From Aplysia californica (taxonomy: Eukaryota), in NCBI RefSeq assembly GCF_000002075.1, contig NW_004798433.1, positions 40,447 through 104,446 on the forward strand: 64,000 bases of DNA. Reading direction: 5' to 3'. This document shows, piece by piece, positions 34,301 through 48,600 of the stretch (position 1 is its first letter; every line of letters begins with the position of its first letter). A program made the translations under genes and the position numbers. The notes under the pieces were generated by a model. The model was not told the DNA's origin and did no database searches. It saw only the letters and a program-made list of their open reading frames with translations.

Positions 34301-34825
34301 TGTATAGGTAAGTCAAATGGAGTGAACTATGGTAACGAATGTAAAAACAACTTTTTTAAAACAATGTTTTAAGAATATATGAACAATGAACCACGGTCTT
34401 TGGAATAAACGTTATGGCAGCCAAGGCCCTACACTGCAATAAGTTCACCAAATAATACGTCATGACATTGATGTGCATTTGAGAGCGAACTGGCTTTTTT
34501 TTTACACAACCTTCACTGGTACCTGCAATTATGGATAAAAAAAGCTCACATTGCTTTCGAAGAGCACTCGGATTTCATGGAAATGAAGATCAGTTCTGAC
34601 CACTTTGTAGTATCGCTGTTTTGAATTTTAACAAAGAACTGCCGAACATTACCAATGCAATAATAAAAACAATTATACTTCGGGGGGGGGGGGGGTATAA
34701 AAAAATGTGATATACAAGACAGACGTCTTCTTCTGATATACAAGACAGACGTCTTCTTCTGAATTCAGTGATTATTTTGTATTAAATTAAATTATTTAGA
34801 CATGTGCAAGCTCTTCAGTTGTCAT

Positions 34826-34894
<69 letters not shown>

Positions 34895-37800
34895 ACTCTC
34901 ACTCTCACTCACACACTTCCTCACACGCTCAATATTTCTCCCTGTGCAGTTACGGAATGGGCAAGCTGCAGGAAATGCTGTTGTCCAAGCTCGCGCTCTG
35001 GCTCCGGCTACTGCTGGGGTCATGGTCACACCTTCTTCATCCACTCTGGGGACAACTGCGGGAACGGTTGTCATGGCAGCCAGTACTCCTGTGGTGGCTA
35101 CTGTCACCTGTGCGTCCACTGAGTTGACCACCTCCACTGCCATATCATCGGTGCGTACACTGGTGAAATTGTTCAAGACAGCCTGGTACACGTTGTTGAG
35201 GAGTACAGTGGATGTCTTGGACAGTTTCATTATAATTCTTTTAATGGGGGTTCATTTGTACAGGTGATTCTCTTGGGCAGGTGGTCATTTGAGTAGGTTC
35301 AAATGTATTTTGTTCTCGTACGCCAAACACATGTAAAGATGGGTTGCAACTATAAGAGTCGATGCTAGTAGTGTCAGGACTTCTTATGGGTGCCGGGTGC
35401 CACATTATAACTTGAGAGCATAAAATGTTATAGACTCGCTTGACTCTTGTCACAATTATTAAACGGGTATGAATTAGACTGGTTTGAAAATGTCACTCTT
35501 GTGCCTTTTATTTGTTGAAAGCCTTCTTATTTAAAAAAAAGAAAGATTAATACATGTTTTGAAATATACAATAATTTTTTTTTCCTCTCTCAGTTTAGTT
35601 CAGAAATATGAACATAACGATTTGAGCATTAAAAATAGTCCTCACAACTCTTTTGTCCATTGATGTTTGCCAAAACAAAAGTAAAAAGGCATATTTTGGC
35701 TTACATAAGATGGATAAAAGGTTTGAAACTTTTTTGTTGTTGTTGCTTACAGACCACAGCAAAATAACAATGTGCACTGAAACAGGTCTATTACGTTTTG
35801 TTTCAGACATCAGAACAAGATGTTTCAACAAAAGTCTCTAGCGTCACTGGAGTGACCATCAGCTCTGCCGCCATCAGTGATCCGAAACCTGCATCATCGA
35901 CAGACACTGTCCCAACTGTTTCGAGTCCTCTCGACTCTTCAGCAAATCTTTCCACAGCCTCGGTCCCCAGCTCACATATGGTCAGCACCATGCCCACAGC
36001 TGTTGTGACCCCTGATCTTACAGTTTCCTCCGTGAAGAATCAGCCAACTAGCACAACTACAGTCTCGTCCTCGGGACCAGTTTCCAGCACTTCCCCGTCA
36101 TCGTCCAGTGTCACCACTGTCAGTAAAGAGGAAACTGCAGCTGCTTCTGCAGCCAGTACTTCCGTGTCTGTATCTGGACATGAGGGCAACAGCAGCTCGG
36201 AAGTTGATCAAGTGAGTGTGGTTTTTTATTTACTTCATATTTCTGTCATAATCCGGTGCCCAAATGTCAAGTGAGTTCAGACTCACAAAAACATTAGGCA
36301 AGTATCGGTGACACGAGGTTAAGATAGATGGTCACTGGGATGTGTTCTTGAAAGAGACACAAGAACCCTGGCTTATAAAAAAACAAGGCACTGCACAGTG
36401 GCAACCAGCAGTAGCATATTTGTAAAATTGCTCTGCAATGGTGTTATTCTTTGTATGTATATTGGTCACGGCGTCACTTTTTGCCCGATTCTGTTACTTT
36501 TAGTTCGCGTGACTCAGCAGCCCGCCGGAGCTCCCCGGCTCGGGGTCACGGGGTTAATGAGCCCTGAGGCGACTTTGCCGGTGTCGGATAGGAAGTTCGC
36601 ATTTTTGACTATGTCTAAAACGATATAACTTCTTCCCCATCCCACATAGCATACCATTACGCGGATGTACTAAAAGCTCAATGTCTAGAGATTTATTCTG
36701 CGTTAGAACGGTTAATTTCTGTGCCTTAGTTTTTGTTCTAGGCAAGTCTTTGTAGAGTACCCAATTTGTCCTATTCTAGTTACAAACTTATGAATAAATG
36801 ATTGTTAATTTTAAAAAGGCACGACAGATCTCTCCAAAATCTGTGTTAAACTGACTACGAATATCATGTCTTTTACCATGAGAAATCTTAAATCTGCGCT
36901 AGTAGAAATAGTCAAGTTATTAGAGAAGAAAGATGCACATCTGCATTTTTAAACTAAAGATGATCAGCGTTAGCTCTTATTTTACTATTAAACAAGAGAA
37001 AGTTGCTCTGCGTTTGTTCATGAATCACGCTGTGTCTGTTGCAGCCTGCATACAACTAAAAAGATATAATATAGAATCTAAGCAATTAAAAAAAACACAA
37101 AACCGTGTAAATACATGGGTAGAGATAAACTTCTTGTATGGAATAAAAATAATGACAAAAAAACATTAAAAACATTCATTCTTAGTTTTTGTGTCGGAAA
37201 TATGCGTGGACACAATTATGAATGTAAAGAAATCAGTCACATTGTCAGTTATTGCAAATGGTCATAGAAACGAAAAATAAAGCAGGAAAAGTCTGGTGCT
37301 AATTCAGTGTCCCTGGAAAGCTAGAAATTATTCTTGTAACCCAATTACGAGAAGTCATCCCTATTATTCAGTCAACTTACAAAACCTACACTTAGCGTTT
37401 TAAGAAAAGTAATGAATTTCTGGAGTGTAACAGATACTGTTCGTGTATTAGATCTACATTGAAGATGTATTCTAGAACTAAAATCGATTTGTACTTTTTA
37501 TAGAAAAACTTCAAGGTGACTTTTATCAACTTTCGAGAAAATATGTGAATATTCACGATTATATTAGACACATAAAGTTGAATTTGGAGGAATAAATTCA
37601 TAGGGAATTGTGTGCCTGATGGATAAAGTTGCAAAATTACAGCTTTCTATTATAAGCGCAGATATCATCTTTTCTGAGTATCTGCACCAAAGCTATGTCG
37701 TTCATGTTCCAAAAGTTCGACAGATTTTGATGATGCCTTTTTTTTATATTGATTTTTTTTCATTCACGCTAGTCCAAAAAAAAATACAAATTAGCATTGC

Positions 37801-40800
37801 CGACTCCAGCGCGTCTAACGAAATAACTAGACAAGTTACAACGTCCGTTCTTTTTTGAGTCTCAAGAGCAGAAATGCCTGCTTTGGGTGCACTAAATGAG
37901 AATTACCACAAATACAAGGATACACCTTAAATTGTACGTTGAAAAGTACCAAAAATTAAGTCGGCCCAGACAGAGCGGCGACAGGGAGCTGACCCCTGTG
38001 ACCCCGACGTGATAAGGCGCCCGGCAGGGAACCCCCCGCGGCAACTAAAATTCCACTGCCGGTGCGCCGTGTGGTGTGTTTAATATGTTTGCCATTGTAA
38101 AATTTCCTCATTGGGATCAATAAAATGTAACTTTTAAACTTTTATTTATTGATTAATTAATTTATTTATTTACTCAAACCGGGAGAGGCTAAGAAGTGTA
38201 AATTGTCTGCTGTCCCATCTCCAGGGAGCACCGCAAAAAATTTGTTTTATAGGAATTTTATATGACTCGGTACACTGGTTTTTGTACAAATCAGCCTTTC
38301 AGCATTTAGTGTACGGGGTAAATAATAGTTGTAAAGCGCCTAGAGCATCCTGTAAATGGTTGATATGTGCTATATAAATGCAATTATTACTATGTTTCAG
38401 ATACCTGTAAGTGCAACAGATACACCTGCTCCTCCCAGCTCATCAGCCAGTACTGCCGAAGTAGAGAAAGGTCGCAACACTGCGGCGGACCCCAAATTTA
38501 CGGTGACAGTGACCACTGTGGAGCCTTCTGTTCTAGATGTGCCATCGTCAAGTGAGACAGGGGCTGGTGGAACCGATGCAGTGAAAATTAATGGAGGCAA
38601 GTTTTCTCCTTTTTCTTTTTGGAATGCCTTTTATATTTGTTTTGTTCCATATATGCTCACATTTAACACGCAACCTTAGATGGGGGGGGGGGTGTATGCC
38701 TTGACTACAAAATCAGCCTGTTTTTGTTTTTTTAAGGTCGCGCATATAATACAGAGTGTATTAGTGACATGCTGGATGGGGCTCAATATGGGTGAACTCA
38801 AGTACTAGTCAGGCATTTAGTCTATAGTGATTTACATTTGAGAAATTTGGTTGCTGCCTTGAGATTGGTTTAATCTGTGAGACAGGAGGGGCATGTCATC
38901 CACCAAAGACATCAGGTTTTTAATAAAACCAGGTCAGTGGAGAAGATAATAGTACAATGGCATTACTTCCCCTTTTCTAATATCTGACCTGGTCCTAGTC
39001 GTATGTCACTAATTAATAAGGTAGGTGTACTTTTGAACCTCTTTATTTTTTATATCTCTTGTATTATAAAAGAGTGCATTTATATATTGAGAACTTGAAA
39101 TCATGGACAGCTCGCTCAGTTTGCCATTTCCTAACCGATATCTCTTTAATTTTCGGTCACTGGTCAACCAGAATTATGGGTTTGTCAAACACATTTGTCA
39201 ATCCACGATATGCTTGAGTTATCAGTGCTCGACTGTGTAGTTACTGATATTGTTGTTACCACTCCCAGATCACACTGAGTCTGTGCCAGTAATGGCTAGC
39301 GCCAGGGCTGAACCGGAGGATAGTGAAGGTGTTATCTTGACCGAGGGCTACATTGACTCCAATCTTCTGGAATGGACAGATGGAGTCGGTTCTCTACCTG
39401 GCACTGACATGAAGGTAAGCACTAGCCCTAGTCAGAGGTGCAAATTTTTTTAACAAATCCGGAAATTGTTTTCTAAAATTGTCCAAACTTTGCTCGATTT
39501 CTAGATAAAAGATGTGCATGGGACAGTTGCGATTGCATGGGACAGTTGCGAGCACTGTAATACTTACCAAACTGAAACTGAAAACAATATAATCTGTAGA
39601 TTTTGAGTCCCTGTGCATGTCTTTCAAAAAGTTCATGACTTCTTTTTTCGTAGCCAGCTGGCACTTTTGCCTTTACAAGAGTCTAAAGGAAGGTGGTATT
39701 ATTTATTTGTGCTGTTATCTTTAATAAGCCAGCAGCCCTTTGGCTTGTTTCCTTTTGTCGAATGCTATTTTATTGAAGGTAAATAATTGGGTTAGTTGTT
39801 GATCAGGATGTTTTTTAATAGCTTTGGATATTAGAATTACTGGATTTTGGGAGTACTTTTGGTTTTGAATGTCTTGGGATTATAACACAATCAGGGACTC
39901 TATAAAGACCTTCACATTTAATTGGTGGCCTTTTCTCAGTTTATTCTCTCAAACATATCTAAACTTTCCTACATACCCCAGGTCAGCCCATCTTCCTGAG
40001 TCAGTCTTCAAGGCTTTTGCCCCATGTGTTCATGGGAGGATTTCTTCTCTTGTTTTGGGGTTTCCAGTTCTGGGCCTACCTTGTGACACTTTTGGGTCCT
40101 TACATAATGTGTTTTCATCTACTTCCATTTTTAAAAAATATTTTTTGGGGATCCCCAATCCCATAAGTTGTCGGTTTGGCCCAGCATTGGGCTGAAGGTC
40201 AAATGGACAAAAGTTTGGGTATCATCAAGAAAAACGTTATGTAAGGGAGCTAGCTTGTACAGTTTAAATTGTCTTAGACGGTCTTTATCAAGGAAAACAG
40301 TGGCCTTTTTAGACAGATGGCTGTCTTACGCAGTGCCAATAAAATGTTTTTAAAAAATTAATGAAAAAAACAACCCAGGGGTAAATTGAAAGTGGCTATT
40401 TGTACAGACAGGTGGTCATTAGAGCAGGTTCGTCTGTGGTTTCATCTGCTTCCCATGTGTTAAAATTTGTTTCTCCACCAAATGTCTCACCTAAAATTGC
40501 TGACTTTCATGGATATGTAAGCCTTAGACTATTTAGGCGTGTCTTTGTGGGGAAAACAAAATCAAGGCTTCTTTAACATCCTCTTTCGAACTTCTGGTTC
40601 CACTTTGTGACGTAGTCATGTCTATTAATTGTTTGTTGTTTTTTAGGACTTTTTTGTTCTTGTACGTTTGAAATTGTTCAAGACTCATGGTCAAGGAGAA
40701 AAGAGGCTGGGGCTGAGGACAGATGGATGTCTTGGACTATGTCATTATGATAAAGAAAAAAAAACGCAAGGAGGGAAGTGGGAAGTGGTTGTTTGTACAG

Positions 40801-43800
40801 ATGATTGTCTTGAACGGGTAGCCATTAGAGCATGTACAACTGTATTTGTTTTCTCATCTTTTTCAGTTCAAGGTCAACGAGTTTGGGGACCTGGAATTAA
40901 TGGAAGATCCTGGCCCTGGTGCAGAGGTCAGTCAAGAGGAGACATCCATGGACGCAGACTATGAAGCGTGTGAACAGGAGGAGGATGATGAGGAAGAGGA
41001 GGAAGCAAGCAAAGGGAGCGCCAGTCTTGATGAGAACAGGGAAAGTAAAGTTTATTCTGGTAAGTGGTGAATGTTGTCTTGGATGTTACTGTTGTCTGCT
41101 GATAGCAATGGCGCAGTTTTCATTGACATTAGCGGCAGAGTTGTCTGGTTGATATTTTATAAGATGAATTTTCTGGTATAAGTGAGTAAGTGAGAATATG
41201 TGCACGCACATTTTTGGGTTTTGAATGTTTTTTACTTGGCGTGACAGTACAATCATTTTGGAACCAATTTATAGTTTGGAAATGGTTATATGAAGTTTTT
41301 ACAGTCATGTACATTTCTCGTCTTTTTATTCCTTTGTTATGTTTGTACAGTAATTGTTATTTATTGTCCCCTTCATACAGTGACTGATCCAGCAGAACTC
41401 TCGGACCACGAAGGTGACCCCATCTGCTGCTGTGTGTACTGTGGTCGCTATGGTTATAAGAGTAAATTTAGGACTTCTGGAAGGTTCTGCTCTCAGACTT
41501 GTGCAGGAAAGTAAGTAGTGCAAGGCCTATGTGTATAGCTTGATTTATAGCTGCTCTCGATTTGAACAGTGGAAAAGGGGGGTGGGGGTGCATATGATAC
41601 TGGAGTCCTTCTCTTTCTGTAATATATCATCATGTGTTATGTACAAGGTTCCATTACCTTTTGATTTTTCATTCAGTTATTGCAGCAATGTAACTTTGTT
41701 AGACTACTTTCGTACCTTTATTACCTGCTGTCCATCAGGTTAGAGCTGTTGTTGGACTTTCTTGTAAGGACTGTGGTGAGTGGATAAACAGATTTCTTTA
41801 AAGAACAAATGTAATCCAGAAATATTATGAAAGCAGTGTAATCCACAATAGAATTGATTGTAATCGTGAAAAGTGAGCTTTTCTTTGCCATATTACAATT
41901 TAACGGATGTCTTTTTGCTATGGTTATTTGTTTGCAGGAAAAACTTACACCGCAAACAGATGATAATGTCTCGGATGATGATGGGGATGAAAAGTAAAAA
42001 GAAAAGGCTGATCATGTCTGGTGAGCTTAAAGCAGCACCAAAGGAAGAATTTGATGGTGGTAAGGACTATGTTTTTGCAATTCACACTGGGTTTTTTTTA
42101 AAAATCTATACATCTAATAAGTATTTTCTAGACAGAAAGTTCTCTTTTGTAGGACATTGTAGGCTGCTGCTTCTGTGGTTTTCATGGACTTTTCTTTTGT
42201 ATCAGCGTATTGTCCTGAATATAATGTGCCACTGAATCAACAGAAGGTCTTCAACATCTTGTTGTCAGTGAAAAAATAGAAGGTAAAAGAGGTTGACCAA
42301 GAATAAACTTCCCAAGAGAACTTGAAACAGGGTCCCCACAGGGTCGGGAAATCGGGAAAAAGTCGGGAATTTTGAGATAGGTCGGGGAAAAGTCGGGAAT
42401 TTTGTGATTGGTGGGTAAGTCGGGAAAGGATATAGGGCCTGTGTAATGTGTAGCTATCTAGACTGTATGGTTGATGAATCCTGAAGAGGAAACGTAATTG
42501 AACCGCTGTGGCGGAAGTGTATGTGTAACACTGAGGCTCGATTGGGAAGAATCAAGATCTACTTTCGTTTTCGTTACCGCCCAGAAATTTTCCGGTAATA
42601 GTCTGATAGATAACGCAACATTTGTAACATGCAGGTTATGAATTATGAACGCTGTGTCGCCTTGAAAATAAATCAATATTAAAAACTGCCCTCTGCTGTC
42701 GCTTGTGGGGGAAAAAAAAGAAAAAGAACTTATACAAGCGTCTTGACAGGTTCGCCCTCGTGACCGGTCAATGAACCTGTGAGTACCGGCGGTCTGAGCG
42801 CTGTGAAGTATAGGACTCCTTTATAAGATACACACGTGGAAGGGGATTTGGGGGGGCTGAAGGCAACGCTAGAGGACAAAAACTGAACTTGGAAGCAAAT
42901 TTTTAGCATTTTGATTACTACTTTAGAGCTCTCTGCAAAGCGCGCGTTGGTGCAGGCCTTGTGTGGAATCGGGATCCGTCATGCCTTGTTACTGAACCAA
43001 AGTGTTCGCGTTTGATTGGATGGGGTGATTGTAATTTATATCTATATTTTAGCTTTCTGTTCAAGATTGGCAGATTTTCAGTGTCACTGCATCTTGTGCC
43101 CCCCCACCCCCACCCCCAGTTCTTGCACCTCTCACACTGAATAGGTGTACTTGAGCCATTCTAGTTATTACTAATATTACTCTTCTTTGAGTTGCAGCTA
43201 TGGTTTTCAGTTTTCGTCTTCACGTTTATTATATGAATCATGACACCCAGACTGGTTACTGACAGTCGATATTCTAGTTCTAGGTCTTTTCTCAGGCTCA
43301 AAACAGGATTCATTTTTTATATAGGGCCTATAGTTTGTTATGTTGGCTAATATGATGAGGGGAAAATATAAATAAGTAAGAACAGACTGAAATACCAAAG
43401 TCTCTCAAGATCCCAGTGCCACACTGACATGTTGTTGACTGGATATAATGTACCTACATGTGTGTGTGTGTATTCACAAACATATACATTGTACATGTAT
43501 TATATTAGATATAAATGGAGTACACGCTTTCCTTGTTATGTAACGTGTTCCTGGAAAATGGATGAGGCCTCTCCCTTGGAAAATTGAGAAGCTGGGTTGG
43601 CAGTCACTCAGTATTATAGTCATCTATTGTTTGAAGACAATACTACAAAATGTACATTTGCATTCATTTATAGACATTTTGACTTTTTATCATTGATAGA
43701 TGAGCTTTTTGGGGGATCATTCTTGACGTGCAGCGGCCTGATTTTTCCCTTCGATTGGGTCTTGAAAAAAATTTGGGGGTCTTGAAAAAATTTTCCAGGA

Positions 43801-45626
43801 TTTGGTCGGGACCCTGTTGAAAAGATGGGTGACTGGGCCTGAGCCCAGTAGTGTGTTATTTGTAGAACATCTAAGCAGAGAAGCGAGGGATGAACCAAGA
43901 TCACTCTTTTCTGTTTCACCCTGCATAATGTAGGCAAATTGAATGCTCAGGTTATAAAGTAAGTCACAGTACTTGACACTTGTAAAAGGATCTCTGTAGA
44001 AATAGAAATATCCGATACCTCAGCTTTATTTATATAAATATGCAGACACGCATTTGCTCGATAGGGTAATTCTGCTTAAATCAGTTTTTGAAATCTCGCT
44101 GTGTACTAATGAACTCCTTGAATCTTGACATACGGTCTCTGTGCTTTTCTCCCTTCAGGGACGAGTGGTGAGAAAAAGATGCTCCACTTCGATTGGGATT
44201 TGTATCTTGCTGAGACCGAAACTGTTGGAGCTCCCAAAAGACTGTTCAGAGAGGTGAGTTATTGTTGCGACTTTTGTTATTGGTCTAGCAACTCTTGGTG
44301 TTCGTGACATGGGACCCGTTGCCATATATTGTAGAGAACTGAATTCTTCATGATTTTCTCCTATTACAGTACAAGGTGTTGATTGGGTCCATTTTATCAA
44401 AAAATCCCCATATACTGAAAAATTTGTCTCCAGTGACTTATAATAAGGTTAGTGTTATAGGAACAGGTCTTTGCATTTTTGGTGAATTTTAACAGTGGTC
44501 CCAGCAATAAATACACAAACAACTGCCAATTTGACTCCTTGAAAGTCTGTTTCTCTGCTGGTTTTCTTTGACCACCATTTTTTGGGACAGTTTGAAGTTT
44601 GTGCTTAGAACAAAAAGTAGCCTTTGAAGACATTGGTGTATAAAATGTGCCTTGAAAAAGTTAATCTTGATGTTAAGGTATTCAAAATCAGGGGGGGGGG
44701 GGATGTCAAAATGTTTTGAAAGTACGACTAGAAAAAATTGGCAAAAAGGTGTTCTCATCCCTCGTTGTGAGAGTGAGACACAGGCTCGTTATATGATTTG
44801 GAAAGGAATTAGATTTTTCTATATTTGTTGCAGTTTATTTTTTATTATTTCAATTATTTAGTCTTTAATCCTCTGTGTCTCCACCAGCCATTTCCCACGA
44901 GCCGGAACGGCTTCAAGCTGGGCATGCGCATGGAGGGTGTCGACCCCAAGCACCAATCGTTGATCTGTGTGCTGAGTGTGGCTGAAATCCAGGGCTACCG
45001 GCTCAGGCTGCATTTTGACGGCTTCTCCGAGTGCTATGACTTCTGGGTCAACGCGGACTCGCCGTTTATTTTCCCAGCAGGTTGGGCAGAGAAAAACGGG
45101 AAAACTTTACAGCCCCCCAAAAGTGAGTCTTGTTTCTCACTGACATTTCATCACTTTTTTTTTCATAAAAATATGTGTTTCTCTTGTGTAAACTAGAATT
45201 CGAAAATGCTATGATTTTTATTTTTTTAAGATGAACATTTTGTCATTGTATGAAAAAGTAATTGCATATTTGAATCCAGAGTGTGGCTGCCTTAGAGAAT
45301 AGGTACTCAATGTACCTCTAAGCACCAAGACCGTATACTTTCAGCAATAATCAATCAGTTAATTTATAAAACTTGTGGGACTTTGGTCTCTACGAGGACA
45401 TTAGAATGATATTCTGTCCCTCATATGTATTAGTCTTATATTTGCTTATTGTAAAAAGGGTGAATGATATTTGTGATACCTCATGGGGGTCTTTGAAGTC
45501 TATGAAATGTCGATGGGAAAAAGGTTGCGCGTCTAGTTAAATTGGGATGGGTGGCGTGAAACGTAACATAATAAGTGAGTTAGAATTTGCATAAATTGAG
45601 ATTTGTACATATTTTGGTTAAGGACA

Positions 45627-45657
<31 letters not shown>

Positions 45658-48600
45658 AGTAATTTGCACTTTGATTAATGCGTTTGAATAACGTAGATTA
45701 GGGAAAACATACAACAGAGAAAATGGCATTTATTAAGTCAAACATGGCCATTTGTTAGATTTAGGGTAGGGTCAAGGAGGCATAAAATAACATGTTTCTA
45801 CACTGATTTTTTTAAAGATTGGAAATGCTACAAAAGATGCAGAGGTTTAATTTTCCGGCATAGGCCAGATTTCTCTCGAATGACTCTTTATTCACTTTAA
45901 TTGCACTTCTGAAACAACCCCTAGCGTGAAGTGAAAAGTTTCTTGTGCCTTCACCCAGCCCCAACTCCGATAATATCAGTATGCGCGCGCAACGCTCCAA
46001 CCCTTACACCGACAGTATCGGTATGGAAAATTTCGCTCTCGTGACTGAAGACACTACTTTTGTGTGAAGCAGACTATAGCCTAATTGGAAGAGTAACCAT
46101 TTTTTTTTTAAAACAGACTATAACCAGAAGTGCAAACCCAAATTTAGAACAAAGAAAGCTATATTCGTGAACCATGTGAGGGGGGTGCAAATTTTGAACT
46201 CATTTCCTTTCTTCGCTGTTTGTTTATTTTTTGACTCTGTATATATAGACCTTTTTCCACAGAGTATCACATAAAAACCATGACAAATTTTACCTTCAAA
46301 TTTTCAATACATGTAAATAAAGGTTTTAATTAAATGTGTATGAAATTTTAGTTGGATATGTTAAAATTTAGTGGGGGGTTTTTTATTTTTCACTTCGTGG
46401 TAAAAATCTAGGGAGAGCTGACAACCTGGAAGAATAGACCTAAGGTTGAATGAGTTAAATCACTTGATTTTCTTAATTGAATCCGAGAAAGCCTTCGAAC
46501 TCAGGATTGCCTGCATGTGTTGTATACAAATAAATGTATCTGTTCAGGTGACTGATGTATATTTCAAAGCGTTTAATGTTGTTGGTGATAACTTTCTTTT
46601 TCAGACATTCCTATAGAAGAGTTTAACTGGCCTGCCTACCTCAAGCAGACGCGAGCTGTTGCCGCCCCAAAGCACTTGTTTGTCAGCCAGCCAAACACGG
46701 TCAGTTCTTGTGGAATGTGAACACTATGGCAGCCACAATTTAAAATTATTTTTTAAAATTAATGCCCAAGGGGACTTTGTGACTCAACATTTAACCAGTC
46801 CCCTATATTTCCCTACGAGTTCTACTTCCCCAATGCCCAGTCATATACAGTCGAACCTGCCGTGACGGCCACATGTACAAACGGCCATTTCCATTTCCCC
46901 CCTTGCATTTTTTCTATATAATTTAACTTTGTAAAACGGGCACCTGTCTAACGCGGCCACCTTATTTTATTAACCCATTGTCAAATTTGCCTGCCTCGGG
47001 CAGCCAGGCATGGTCACTCATTGCCCGACGTTTTGTCAAAAATTTTGAATCGGCCCTTCACGCTGTGGGCGGGCTGTCATAATTCATTTACCTGTCATAA
47101 TTGTTAGTCACTCCAATGAATGTTTACCCAAGTTTACCTATGGGTAGGCCTAACAATAAAATAAAAATTTCAACTGCTGGTGAGAGAAGCATGTTATCTG
47201 TCATAATTTCTAAGCCCCGCGCACAACTCATTCGCAAATCGTGTGTGGGGTGACCGGTCCTGTTTTGTTTACCAAATCTGTAACAAAGTAACAATGGACG
47301 TTGACATGAACTTACAACTGAATTGTCGCTCGTTCTCTGAGTGGTGGGGCCCCTTGTGTTTGTTTTACCGTGGCACTCGGCCTTCATCATCTTACATAAT
47401 ATTTCATTTTACCCTTACACAAAATCAGCAACAAAAAGAAAGCTTACCAAAGAAAAAAAACAACAAAACAACACAAAAAACCATTCTTACACCACCCGCT
47501 ACCTTTTTCAAAAGAAAACAATAACCCTTTCGAATTATCCTTACGGCAGTCTAAAGTCTGAGATCAGCCCTGATTTCGACCTCGGAAGAAAATTATTTGC
47601 TTTCTTCATTTTGATAAATCCTGCCTAAGAAGGCAACCTGTGTTATGCGGCCACTTTTCTCCTTGGCAATGGGTGGCCGTTTTACACAGGTTTGACTGAA
47701 CATTTACCTCCGTGTGCTGCACACCTGAAAACCAGTGGCACATTTTTACCATAATCTATCCAATTACCTCTGACAATAGTTCCATTTGTTGTCTTCTAAA
47801 ACTTCAAACAAAAGCAGTCTAGAATTTTGTTAACCCCCAAAGAATCCTAACAAATAGCATGCGGTGTCGCCGAAATTATGATTGCACCATATTGTGTTGA
47901 AAAATGCTTGAGAACAGGCAAACCAAGTAAGTAAAGGCCATAAACCGATACATTTTCAGAAATTAGAATGTGACAGGAAGTAGAACTCAATCGTGAAATA
48001 GCAGGATAAACCAACCGAAATAGGGACTAAAATTGTGGCCTATTAAATTTGACATGACGCCGTGGAACAAAGCTTAAATCGGCCATCGACACTTGGAGGG
48101 ATGTTGACACAAAATTGCAGACATAATCAGTATTTGCCTGGGCCTGAGAATTCAAGGACATAAATGTTACCTGGGCCAGAGTGGAGTGAGGGTTAATTTT
48201 AAAGAGAGAGAAATGGCAGGGTCCAAGTAAAAACAAAGGGAGAACATTGAATGTCCTTTGGAGGATATATGACGTTCCAGACTTACAAACTGGTCAAAAA
48301 GGCTTTTAAAAAAATGATCACACAAAAATTTGATGTGCAATATTTTTTTTTCGTAAGTTCTATTTTAATCTATATAGCAAAATAGAGTGCATCTCAAGAG
48401 ACTCTCAATAGATGGACGATGGGAGATGTGTCTATTATTAGACGAATCGTAATGAAAGGCTTATTTGTTGTGTTTATGGTCATCAGGTGATCCCCTCCCC
48501 GTTCCGTGTGGGGATGAAGCTTGAGGCCGTAGACAAGAAGAACTGGAGTCTGGTCTGTGTGGCCACCGTGGCCGACTCATTGGGGGACAGAATCCTGGTG

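Noticed and set aside
34709-34760. 26-bp tandem duplication (similar short ones at 39513-39551 and 51059-51087)
   Set aside because: Ordinary slippage duplications with no evidence of function.
42340-42430. Repeated GTCGGGAA units resembling an array
   Set aside because: Transposon subterminal repeats; no CRISPR-like repeat-spacer regularity.
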